Shown piece by piece: positions 56,194-64,000 of a stretch of 64,000 nt of DNA. The notes under the pieces are model-generated. The model did not search any database. It was not told where the DNA came from and saw nothing but the letters and a program-made list of their open reading frames with translations. Positions within the stretch are counted from its first letter, which is position 1, and each line of letters begins with the position of its first letter. This stretch comes from Candidatus Niyogibacteria bacterium CG10_big_fil_rev_8_21_14_0_10_46_36 (lineage in GTDB: Bacteria; Patescibacteriota; Minisyncoccia; 1-14-0-10-42-19): NCBI GenBank assembly GCA_002772995.1, contig PFCO01000001.1, forward strand, positions 128,244 through 192,243, read 5' to 3'. The position numbers and the translations under genes are program-made.

Positions 56194-58137
56194 CTATGGC
56201 GCTACTTTCCAGTCGTCTTGCCCCGTCTGCGAATCAGAGCGAAGCTCTGTATTTTGTGCGGGTGCTGTTTCGCGTATAGGAACTTGAGTGAACGCATCTG
56301 TTCCCTCCGCTATAACTTCAGACACAATAATGGGACGCGCGCCAACATCGCCCGGCGCAGGAATGTACCCAATCTGGAACCGTATTTCACGGACCGGACG
56401 GATAATGCCCGTGCCCTGCGGAAGCGTCCCCACGGCCCATATCACCTCTCCCGTTAGCGAATTATAAGACACACCGGAGCCCTGTGGTGAAACAAGCCCC
56501 TTCCATATCACATAGGAAGGAAGTGATGCTTTGACTGTAAGATTATTAATATCGTTTGATGAATTTATAAGCGACCAAATGACAGTGTATATTGTCTCTG
56601 TTCCTACTTCTGGCGGCAACGGACCGGAACCCGGCAATACTGTGTCGTGGTACAAGGCTTTGCGCACCAACTGCAAGTCCGTACTTATTTTTATTTCATG
56701 CTGCTTAGTCGTTGCGATATCTATATTCTCAAAACCCGGCGGGCGCTGCAATGCCTCAAATGTTCCCTCAAACCGTACGAAAAAGTTCGCATCAGCAGTT
56801 GAATGGATTGGGAACGACTGCGGAGTACGGAAACGGAAATTAAATGCCCCCTCTTCACCGGGCTCAAGGAACGCAAATGGCGCATACGAAGACGCATTCC
56901 ATGTTATTGTCTGGTCGGTGCCGCGGTATGTTCCGTTTGGAACAATAACCGATGCTTCTTGATATCCCTTTCCTTCGAAGCGAAGGCGGAATATGGCATT
57001 TTCAACCGGTACCGATAAATTATTCTTCCAGCGTATTTGCACATCAACAAAACTGTCAGGTGCAAGCACAATCGGACTGCCATCGTTTATAACATACAAA
57101 AAATCAAGAAATGATTTTGCAACCGTGACTGACACGCTATCAACGCCGTAAAGCACGGTAAGAATGCTATTTTCTTCCTGACCTATTTCCGCGCGGAATA
57201 ATTTAGCATCAAGCTCACTTCCAGTGACAGCGCCGCGGAATGTAATTTTCATAGATTCCCCGCGCTCAATGGTGCCAAGTGCCCACCGATTGTCTCCAAA
57301 TGACGGCACTGGGTCTGCGGTACGAAATGAAAACCCCTCCGGATACTGGAGCACAAGCGTTGCGTTTTCTAGCACATCATCGGCTTGCGAAGATATCTCT
57401 ACAGTAAATTCCGCCTCATCTCCGGAATTAATTATTTCGGGAGCGGTCAAAAAAACTGAGAGCGGTGATTGAGTTATCCGCGTCTGTCCTTCGGATTCGT
57501 TCGCCAGAATAACATTGGATCCGGCAGCGCGGTATTCAAGCGTCGCACGCGCAGTTTTGATACTGTCCTCTTCTCCGAAAAGAAATGCTTCAAATGTCTT
57601 TGTGACTTCTTCTCCCGGACGAAGCGGTCCGAGTGATATCCGGCGCCGGAGCGTTTTGCGGTCTTCTTCAGTCACCGGGCGGGCGCCATCAGGATATTCA
57701 AATATGAGGTCAGCGACTTCGAGCGCGCTTTCTGTTTGGTTGCGCACATGCACTTCCCACGCAACAAAATCCCCTCCGGCAATCTCGCGCGGCGCATCAA
57801 CGGATATTTCGGCACCCTCAAGAGAAACGCCGCCACCACCGGATAAAACAACCCACGCCGCAACGCCCATAGTAACCAACGCAAGAACGCCGCTCCCGAT
57901 AAGGAAGAGTTTGAGATAAGACATTTTTTTGGGCAGATGTTTTTTTTGCTTTGCCATTTCTTCTTCTTTTATATCCTTCCAATCGTGCGGAGCCCGGTCA
58001 TGCAACGGAGCCAATTCCGGGCGCTGTATGCGCTCCTGTCCGTATGATTCTCCCCTGCCATAAATACGCTTGCGCAGCCGCTCAATAGAATCGCCGGGAA
58101 CATAGTCTGAATTATTGCCGTCAAGTTCTTCATTCAT
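56194..58137 (-). CDS. Single-pass membrane protein with repeated Ig-like (DUF11-like) extracellular domains
   Basis: Charged N-term, TM segment LFLIGSGVLALVTMGVAAWVVL, repeats such as WALGTI..GE and LGPLRPGEE, GPLPPEVG.ETIYTV. Confidence 0.75.
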   Translation of the reverse strand: MNEELDGNNSDYVPGDSIERLRKRIYGRGESYGQERIQRPELAPLHDRAPHDWKDIKEEEMAKQKKHLPKKMSYLKLFLIGSGVLALVTMGVAAWVVLSGGGGVSLEGAEISVDAPREIAGGDFVAWEVHVRNQTESALEVADLIFEYPDGARPVTEEDRKTLRRRISLGPLRPGEEVTKTFEAFLFGEEDSIKTARATLEYRAAGSNVILANESEGQTRITQSPLSVFLTAPEIINSGDEAEFTVEISSQADDVLENATLVLQYPEGFSFRTADPVPSFGDNRWALGTIERGESMKITFRGAVTGSELDAKLFRAEIGQEENSILTVLYGVDSVSVTVAKSFLDFLYVINDGSPIVLAPDSFVDVQIRWKNNLSVPVENAIFRLRFEGKGYQEASVIVPNGTYRGTDQTITWNASSYAPFAFLEPGEEGAFNFRFRTPQSFPIHSTADANFFVRFEGTFEALQRPPGFENIDIATTKQHEIKISTDLQLVRKALYHDTVLPGSGPLPPEVGTETIYTVIWSLINSSNDINNLTVKASLPSYVIWKGLVSPQGSGVSYNSLTGEVIWAVGTLPQGTGIIRPVREIRFQIGYIPAPGDVGARPIIVSEVIAEGTDAFTQVPIRETAPAQNTELRSDSQTGQDDWKVAP

Positions 58138-58184
58138 AGCTTACATATATAGTATATAAAAATTTGCACGAACGCGGTATCTCG

Positions 58185-58766
58185 CTACAGATGGCTTGCA
58201 CGAATGCCCTTACTGCACACTGTTTGCAAAATATTCTCTTCGTTCCCGGTGAACGGAACATTCCAATTGTCTGCACGCAGCAGCCGGCGGATATGTTCTT
58301 CTTGCTCGTCGACATAGCCGAGATAATAAAGCATGCGCGCCTGGAAGAGCAGTTCAATAGACACCGGCACGCCGTGTTCGTTGCCCACATTCGTTCCCTG
58401 CAAAAAATGGAACGCAGAAAGTAATGCTTCCCATATGCGCATATCGCGCTCTTCTCCTTGTATAACCCGCAACAGAAACCTGCCCATGCGTCCCGCCATA
58501 AAAAACGCTTCCTCCGAAAATGAATATGCGTGCTTTTCCTCGGCATCAATCAGCCGCGGGAAAGCTCTTCCGAGTACAAATGATACCCGGCTATAAGAAA
58601 ATAACTGCAGATGACTTTTGAGCTTTGAGGATTGCGCCCGTACGCTTTTCGCAAACACGCGCACAAGTCCGAATTCTTTTGTGAATAACACATACATCCG
58701 ATCAGTCTCCCCGATATCAAATGCATCAAGCACAATGCTATCAGTATGGTATATCAAAGCCGACAT
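58185..58766 (-). CDS. recO: DNA repair protein RecO (short form)
   Basis: YHTDSIVL..GETDR..LFTKEFGLV..AKSVR...SKL..HLQLF. Confidence 0.85.
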   Translation of the reverse strand: MSALIYHTDSIVLDAFDIGETDRMYVLFTKEFGLVRVFAKSVRAQSSKLKSHLQLFSYSRVSFVLGRAFPRLIDAEEKHAYSFSEEAFFMAGRMGRFLLRVIQGEERDMRIWEALLSAFHFLQGTNVGNEHGVPVSIELLFQARMLYYLGYVDEQEEHIRRLLRADNWNVPFTGNEENILQTVCSKGIRASHL

Positions 58767-58768
58767 GC

Positions 58769-61700
58769 CTATCTTTTTACAAACCCTATCTCAAAATAAT
58801 AGTCATCTACCTGAAGCGATGTTTTCATAAATAACTGGTGTGATAATGCTTCACGGACGATTGCATGCGCGCCCACCCCCTGCTTAATGTCATGTTCATA
58901 TTGAGATAATATTTCTTCCCCTTTTTCATCCGTACCAATATGCAGGATGATCTTGTCTTTTGGCGTAAGCCCTGCTTCTTTGCGCATGCCCTGTATCTGC
59001 CTGGTGAGCTCTCTGAACGCTCCCTCCTTTTTCAATTCCGGAGTAAGTACAGTATCCAGCCGTACCGCTTCTTTCATCTTTGCATCAAATAGCACCTGTT
59101 TTACATTCACCTCTCCCGCGATAAGCTCGTGCAATGCTTTCTTTTTCTCAATATGATACTGTGCAGTACGGATAGTAAGAGATGCTAACGGCTGGCGTAC
59201 CTTTATTCCTGCTTGCGTGCGCGCTTGAAGCGCTAGGGAAACGATCTCACGCACTTCCTTCATATCTTTAATAAGAGTTTTTTCTTTTACAGTAAGCGTT
59301 TTATTTTTTGGCCATGAGGATTCGTGCACGCTTCCGCTCTTTTTCATACGGGCGGATATCGCTTCGCTCAAAAATGGAGTGAAGGGCGCTGCGAGCGTTG
59401 CTGCCGCCTGAAGTACATCGCCGAGGACATACACTATCTCTTGCTGTTCCGCTTTTGAACCGAGCTTTACCGCATCGCGAACCCTGCGCACATACCAGCG
59501 TGAGATATCCTCTCCGACAAATTCTTCAAGCACGCGCGCAGCACGCACAACATCATACGCTTCAAGGTATTCGGTTACTTCGCGCGTCACCTCGTGCAGA
59601 CGGGCATACAGCCAATCGTGCAGCGTAAGCGTGGGGCGCGTTATTTTTTTGACAGACACTCCTCCTTGTGCGCCATCCCAGTATTGAAATACATTCCAAA
59701 ATATCATAAGAAATTTGCGCGATGCAGCTTGCACGTCTTTTTCTTCAAACAACTTTTCATCCCACGGCTGGTTGAGTGTATAAAAATACCACCGTACCGC
59801 GTCTGCACCGTACAAAGAGAACAGTGAAAACGGATCAACGGCATTGCCGCGCGACTTGGACATTTTCTCTCCCTTTTTATCAAGCACCAAGCCCATAGTA
59901 ATGACATTTTTATAGGGCGCCGGCAGATGCATAAGAGAAGACACCGCGAGGAGCGTATAAAACCACCCGCGCGTCTGGTCTATACCTTCGGCGATGTAGT
60001 CGGCAGGATACGGAATTGTCTTTTTAATATCCCGCGCGCCCACCGTTTTGCTTTTTATCTTTGCCCAAAACTTTTCGTTCTGCGCATATGGCATTGAGCC
60101 TGAATCAAACCAAACATCCGCAACATCAGGGATGCGGTGCATTTCTTCGTTGCATGACGGACACCGAAGAACAATATTGTCGATATATGGCCGGTGAAAA
60201 TCAAGCTCGCCGCGCGTAAAACTATACGGCCAGTTATGCAGGCGGAGTTTTTTTACCTCTCCTGTGTTTGGATACCACGAATCAAAAAAGTCCTCTTCTT
60301 TTTTTCCTTCAAGTGCGGCGTACAATTCCCACAACGGATCGCCATGCGAAACAACAAGTATGCGTTTGCCTTTGTGGCGCGTAATAATGTCACGGATATT
60401 ATTCATCATACGCACACGGACATCACGCATACTCTCTCCATTGGGAAAGGGTGTGGCAAAACGCGTTTCGCGCGGAAAGATTTTATTTACTTCTGTTATT
60501 GTTTTTCCGGTATAATCGCCGACATCAATATCGTGAATGCTTTCTTCCACCTCCACGGGAATACCATCTAATTCCTTAGATACAATATGCGCTGTGTCTT
60601 TCGTGCGCTTAAGCGGCGAGCAGACAATAACATCTATTTTTCCTTTCAGCGCACGCGCGGTTTGCTGCGCCTGCTTTTTTCCTTTTTCAGTCAGCTGGTT
60701 TTTCTTGTCTGTCTTTGGAGTTGCTGGCCCCACTATCCCCGCTTTGTTATGCGTTGCTTCACCGTGCCGCATAACATACAGCTCTGTCGTATCCGGCATT
60801 GCGCGTCTATCTAAATCATCCAGAGACGAAACAATCTCATGCGAATCGCATGACGCACATGTCCATATCGGGAGCGGCATTCCCCAATAACGCTCACGGC
60901 TGATTGCCCAATCCACATTTTCGCGGAGCCATTCGCCAAATCTGTTCTTTCCTACAAAGTCCGGATGCCACCCAATTTTTGCATTCTCTTTTTGCATAGC
61001 GCTTTTCACCGCGGTTGTACGCAAAAACCAAGAATTTTTTGCGTAATACATAAGCGCCGATTTGCACCGCCAGCAATACGGATAATCGTGCTCATATATT
61101 TCTTTTTTAAAAAGAAGTTTTTTTTCTGCGAGATCCTTGGTAATAATTGCATTCGCATCAGAAAATATTTTTTTATCCCAGGCATAACCGGGTGTTTTCA
61201 TTTGCCCGTCTTCACCTACGGTAACAAGCGTCGGCAAATCGTGCTTTTTTCCCACCCGTTGGTCATCAGCGCCGAACGCGGGTGCTATGTGCACAATGCC
61301 AGTTCCATCTTCCGTTGTTACAAAATCGTCCGCAATAACCGTATATGCATTTTTGTGTTTTTCTTTTGTGGGGTAGAGCGGTTCATACGCCATCCCCGCA
61401 AAGTCATTCCCCCTTTTTTCTTCTCCGCCAGAATACTCTTCGCCTAAGCTAGAAATACGGTCTTTGCCGAGAATGAGCTTTTCTCCGTTGTGCGTTACTG
61501 TTACATACACAGCCTTAGGATTCACTGCCAACGCAACATTCCCCGGCAATGTCCACGGAGTCGTGGTCCACGCCAAAAAGAATGTATTTTTCTCCCCCTT
61601 CACCGGAAACTTTATATAGAGAGAAGTATCTTTCGTTTTTTTATACCCCTGCGCGACTTCGTGCGACGAAAGGGAGGTTTCGCATCGAGGACACCACGGC

Positions 61701-62251
61701 AATACTTTGTAATCGCGGTATACATATCCATTACGCGCAATCTGCCCGAATACCCACCACAACCCCTCTATGTATTCGTTCGTCATTGTGACATAGGGAT
61801 GTTCAAGATCAAGCCAATAGCCCATCCGTTCGGTCATCTTTTCCCAGTCCGCTTTATATTCAAAAACGTTCTCACGCGCGGTCTCAACAAACTTTTCAAG
61901 TCCGAGTTCTTCTATCTTCTTTTTGGTATGTACATTCAATTTTTTCTCAACTTCCATTTCGGTCGGAAGACCGTGCGTATCCCAGCCGGCTTTACGCGGT
62001 ATAGCATACCCCTGCATGGTGCGGAACCGTAATATAACATCTTTGTAAGCGCGTGCGAGCACATGATGAATGCCCGGCCTGCCGTTCGCGTAGGGCGGAC
62101 CTTCATAAAATACAAACGGTTTGCCTTTCGCCGTTTTTTTGACAAGCTTCTTGAATGTGTCATTTTTTGCCCAATACGAAAGAATCTCCTCTTCTATCTG
62201 AGGAAATATCGTTTTGGGGACTCGTTTTTCTTTTTTATCCGTATCTGCCAT
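58769..62251 (-). CDS. ileS: Isoleucine--tRNA ligase (type 2) with an inserted histidine phosphatase domain
   Basis: EGPPYANG.PGIHH, GWDTHGLP, WTTTPWT, GTGIVH, DWAISR, DVWFDSGSMP, EGIDQTRGWF, KMSKS; insert MRHGE..LTEKG..SPLKRT..GES..VSHG. Confidence 0.96.
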   Translation of the reverse strand: MADTDKKEKRVPKTIFPQIEEEILSYWAKNDTFKKLVKKTAKGKPFVFYEGPPYANGRPGIHHVLARAYKDVILRFRTMQGYAIPRKAGWDTHGLPTEMEVEKKLNVHTKKKIEELGLEKFVETARENVFEYKADWEKMTERMGYWLDLEHPYVTMTNEYIEGLWWVFGQIARNGYVYRDYKVLPWCPRCETSLSSHEVAQGYKKTKDTSLYIKFPVKGEKNTFFLAWTTTPWTLPGNVALAVNPKAVYVTVTHNGEKLILGKDRISSLGEEYSGGEEKRGNDFAGMAYEPLYPTKEKHKNAYTVIADDFVTTEDGTGIVHIAPAFGADDQRVGKKHDLPTLVTVGEDGQMKTPGYAWDKKIFSDANAIITKDLAEKKLLFKKEIYEHDYPYCWRCKSALMYYAKNSWFLRTTAVKSAMQKENAKIGWHPDFVGKNRFGEWLRENVDWAISRERYWGMPLPIWTCASCDSHEIVSSLDDLDRRAMPDTTELYVMRHGEATHNKAGIVGPATPKTDKKNQLTEKGKKQAQQTARALKGKIDVIVCSPLKRTKDTAHIVSKELDGIPVEVEESIHDIDVGDYTGKTITEVNKIFPRETRFATPFPNGESMRDVRVRMMNNIRDIITRHKGKRILVVSHGDPLWELYAALEGKKEEDFFDSWYPNTGEVKKLRLHNWPYSFTRGELDFHRPYIDNIVLRCPSCNEEMHRIPDVADVWFDSGSMPYAQNEKFWAKIKSKTVGARDIKKTIPYPADYIAEGIDQTRGWFYTLLAVSSLMHLPAPYKNVITMGLVLDKKGEKMSKSRGNAVDPFSLFSLYGADAVRWYFYTLNQPWDEKLFEEKDVQAASRKFLMIFWNVFQYWDGAQGGVSVKKITRPTLTLHDWLYARLHEVTREVTEYLEAYDVVRAARVLEEFVGEDISRWYVRRVRDAVKLGSKAEQQEIVYVLGDVLQAAATLAAPFTPFLSEAISARMKKSGSVHESSWPKNKTLTVKEKTLIKDMKEVREIVSLALQARTQAGIKVRQPLASLTIRTAQYHIEKKKALHELIAGEVNVKQVLFDAKMKEAVRLDTVLTPELKKEGAFRELTRQIQGMRKEAGLTPKDKIILHIGTDEKGEEILSQYEHDIKQGVGAHAIVREALSHQLFMKTSLQVDDYYFEIGFVKR

Positions 62252-62280
62252 TTCCTTTATTTTATAGAAAAAAAGATAAT

Positions 62281-62325
62281 AAAAAAAGCCGTCTCTCTAT
62301 ATGTAAGAGAACGGCTTTGTTTTTT
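62281..62325 (-). terminator. Intrinsic terminator
   Basis: AAAGCCGT..CTCT/AGAG..ACGGCTTT stem with a T7 tail on the minus strand. Confidence 0.75.
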
Positions 62326-64000
62326 ACGCACGAGAGAAGTATGATTCTCCATGGCATGCTATTTCTTCAAGTGCCTGAGGGTTAACAACGCGCGTTTGCG
62401 CTATTACATACCTATCACAGAACACCCTACTTATTGCTTTATATGGCACTTTTGCCGCGGCATTGCGCGGAAGCTCTTTGATGGCAAATATGCGTTCGGG
62501 TTTTGCTTGCGGATTAACAATATCCGCAACTACAGATCTAAGCGCCGCCTCATCCGTTTCGGTCAGCCGGTCTTGCCCCTCAAGAATAACAAAACATATT
62601 ATTTTGTTTTCTGAATTTTTATCTGGAATGCCGACGGCAATCGCTTCCATAACCCGGAACTCTGCCGCCCGGAAACCAATGAGCGCGCTTTCTATATTTG
62701 CCGGAGAAAATTTTATCCCATTTTTATTAATAATGTCGTCGCTCCGCCCCCGCATGAATACAAACCCGTCTTCGTCCATTTCGGCAAAGTCACCGTGCGC
62801 CCAGACGCCGCGAAAGGCAGAAAAATATGTTTCCTGGTAGCCTTCCTCGTCAGCATAAAATCCGCGGGTCATAGATGGAAAGGGATGCGTGCAGACAACC
62901 CGGCCGGTTTCGCGCCGCACCGATTCCCCTTTTTCGTTGAATATATCTCCGCCCATGCCAAGCGCGAACACGCCGACACTTCCTATTTTGCAGGGGATAT
63001 TCGGAAGATTTTGCGCAAAACAGCCCAGCATCTCCGTGCCGCCGATAATATTATTTATCGGGCACTTTCCCTTCCCAAACACGGAAAAGAACCACTCCCA
63101 ATTTTCCGAAAAAAGAATGGAGCCGGTTGAGCCGAGTATCCGTAACGAAGAAAGGTTAAAATCATCTCCGCTTATATGATTCTTGCGGAGCCCCGCTATA
63201 AAACCGGGCGTTGAACCGAAGATGCTTACTTTATATCTTTCTATGATGCCAAATATCCTATCGGGCTTTGGATACGAAGGGGCGCCCTCAAAACAGACGA
63301 GCGTAGCGCCAAAATGCAGCGCACCGACAATCTCCCACGGCGCCATCATCCAGCCGAAATTTGTCATCCAGTAAAAGACATCGTCTTCTTTGCAGTCAAA
63401 TCCAAACCCCACCTCTTTGCATATCTGCGCAAGCACTCCGCCATGCGTATGAAGAATACGCTTTGGCTTTTTCCCCTTTTCCCGCGTTGTTCCGGAGCTA
63501 AAAAGCATAAGGGCTACATCTTCGGCATTGCACCGTTCCGTGCGCGCTATCGTGCTTTTGCCCTGCTTGCAAAAATCATCCCAGAAAACACTTCTCATTT
63601 CTTTCTTTCCGAAAACAAACGGGGAAAACGGACTATGAGGCGCATCGTTCTCAAACACAACAATATGCCGCACCGAAAAAATATCGGAAACACCCTGATG
63701 AATTTTTTCCAGAGTAAAGTTTTTTCCGCCATACGAATAACTATCGGCCATAAAGAACATTTTTGCCCGCGCTATTCTCACATGGTCAACAATATCTTTT
63801 GTCCCGTCAGTGCTCGTGGTCGGCGCCATTTGCATGCACACCGCCCCAATCTTAAAACACGCGAACATGACCGCTATAGAATCGATTGATATTGGCATGC
63901 ACATCCCTACAAAATCGCCTTTCCCTATGCCATGTGCTTTCATGGCGGAAGCAATAGTATCAACAAGTAGCTTTAGCTGCCAAAATGTGATTGCGCGCTT
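62324..64000 (-). CDS. AMP-forming acetate/acetoacetate--CoA ligase family protein, 5' partial
   Basis: Frame is open to the window edge (KRAITFWQLK...); FSSGTT..KPK..HTHGG, GWMMAPW, EGAP.YP, GGTE, PFPSMTRGF, W.HGD, GRSDD, PRNAAAK. Confidence 0.92.
   Translation of the reverse strand, partial: KRAITFWQLKLLVDTIASAMKAHGIGKGDFVGMCMPISIDSIAVMFACFKIGAVCMQMAPTTSTDGTKDIVDHVRIARAKMFFMADSYSYGGKNFTLEKIHQGVSDIFSVRHIVVFENDAPHSPFSPFVFGKKEMRSVFWDDFCKQGKSTIARTERCNAEDVALMLFSSGTTREKGKKPKRILHTHGGVLAQICKEVGFGFDCKEDDVFYWMTNFGWMMAPWEIVGALHFGATLVCFEGAPSYPKPDRIFGIIERYKVSIFGSTPGFIAGLRKNHISGDDFNLSSLRILGSTGSILFSENWEWFFSVFGKGKCPINNIIGGTEMLGCFAQNLPNIPCKIGSVGVFALGMGGDIFNEKGESVRRETGRVVCTHPFPSMTRGFYADEEGYQETYFSAFRGVWAHGDFAEMDEDGFVFMRGRSDDIINKNGIKFSPANIESALIGFRAAEFRVMEAIAVGIPDKNSENKIICFVILEGQDRLTETDEAALRSVVADIVNPQAKPERIFAIKELPRNAAAKVPYKAISRVFCDRYVIAQTRVVNPQALEEIACHGESYFSRA

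Noticed and set aside
60245-60790. IleRS insert as an intein or intron
   Set aside because: No C/S...HN splice termini or endonuclease motifs; it is a recognisable phosphatase fold
278-62325. Intergenic hairpins as REP/attC/cassette repeats
   Set aside because: Stem sequences are mutually unrelated and sit at gene ends with U-tracts, so they are ordinary terminators; no integrase is present
333-63889. Numerous short antisense or alternate-frame ORFs in the track (e.g. 592-1059, 17387-17935, 53816-54454, 61490-62032, 63314-63889)
   Set aside because: They overlap well-supported genes and show no recognisable motifs; these are shadow ORFs
1-64000. CRISPR arrays, tRNA/rRNA, IS elements, prophage
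   Set aside because: No spaced direct repeats, RNA-gene signatures, transposase or phage structural genes seen by eye; intergenic gaps are short. An Infernal/tRNAscan run would be needed to be certain.

Overview
Bacterial chromosomal fragment read in the standard code (TGA acts as stop). The core-gene block ileS-recO-[membrane protein]-glyQS-M16 peptidase-AI-2E-metG-tatD, the alpha2-type GlyRS, the short RecO and the domain-inserted IleRS point to a Patescibacteria/CPR (Parcubacteria-like) genome; this is inference. Bases 1 to about 46,640 are one very large surface-glycan locus of about 47 genes, open at the left edge. It encodes a nonulosonic-acid module (NeuB, two NeuA, HAD, four paralogous GT-B proteins with an SWDN-type motif) and a GDP-heptose module (GmhA, HddA, HddC-GmhB fusion, RmlC-like epimerase, C-methyltransferase). 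It also encodes a probable branched-chain deoxysugar module (Gmd, His-type ColD-like dehydratase, TPP E1 alpha/beta, Tyr-less SDRs, PhyH, DJ-1, cupin), seven methyltransferases, two sulfotransferases, AsnB, a FemAB-like protein, a deacetylase, a Wzx-like flippase, a truncated pyruvate-kinase-like gene and a LamG adhesin-like gene. To the right lie a split, motif-degenerate PutA pair, the housekeeping block and a partial acyl-CoA synthetase. Main observations: (1) a G9 tract frameshifts a TylF O-methyltransferase, and G8 restores a canonical C-terminus, so this is probably a phase-variable switch or an assembly error; (2) boxA-like motifs recur in the leaders of SD-led accessory mRNAs, whereas several other genes look leaderless; (3) IleRS carries an inserted histidine phosphatase domain and a GIHH signature. 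No rRNA, tRNA, CRISPR array or transposase was seen. All product calls come from motif recognition by eye, not database searches.
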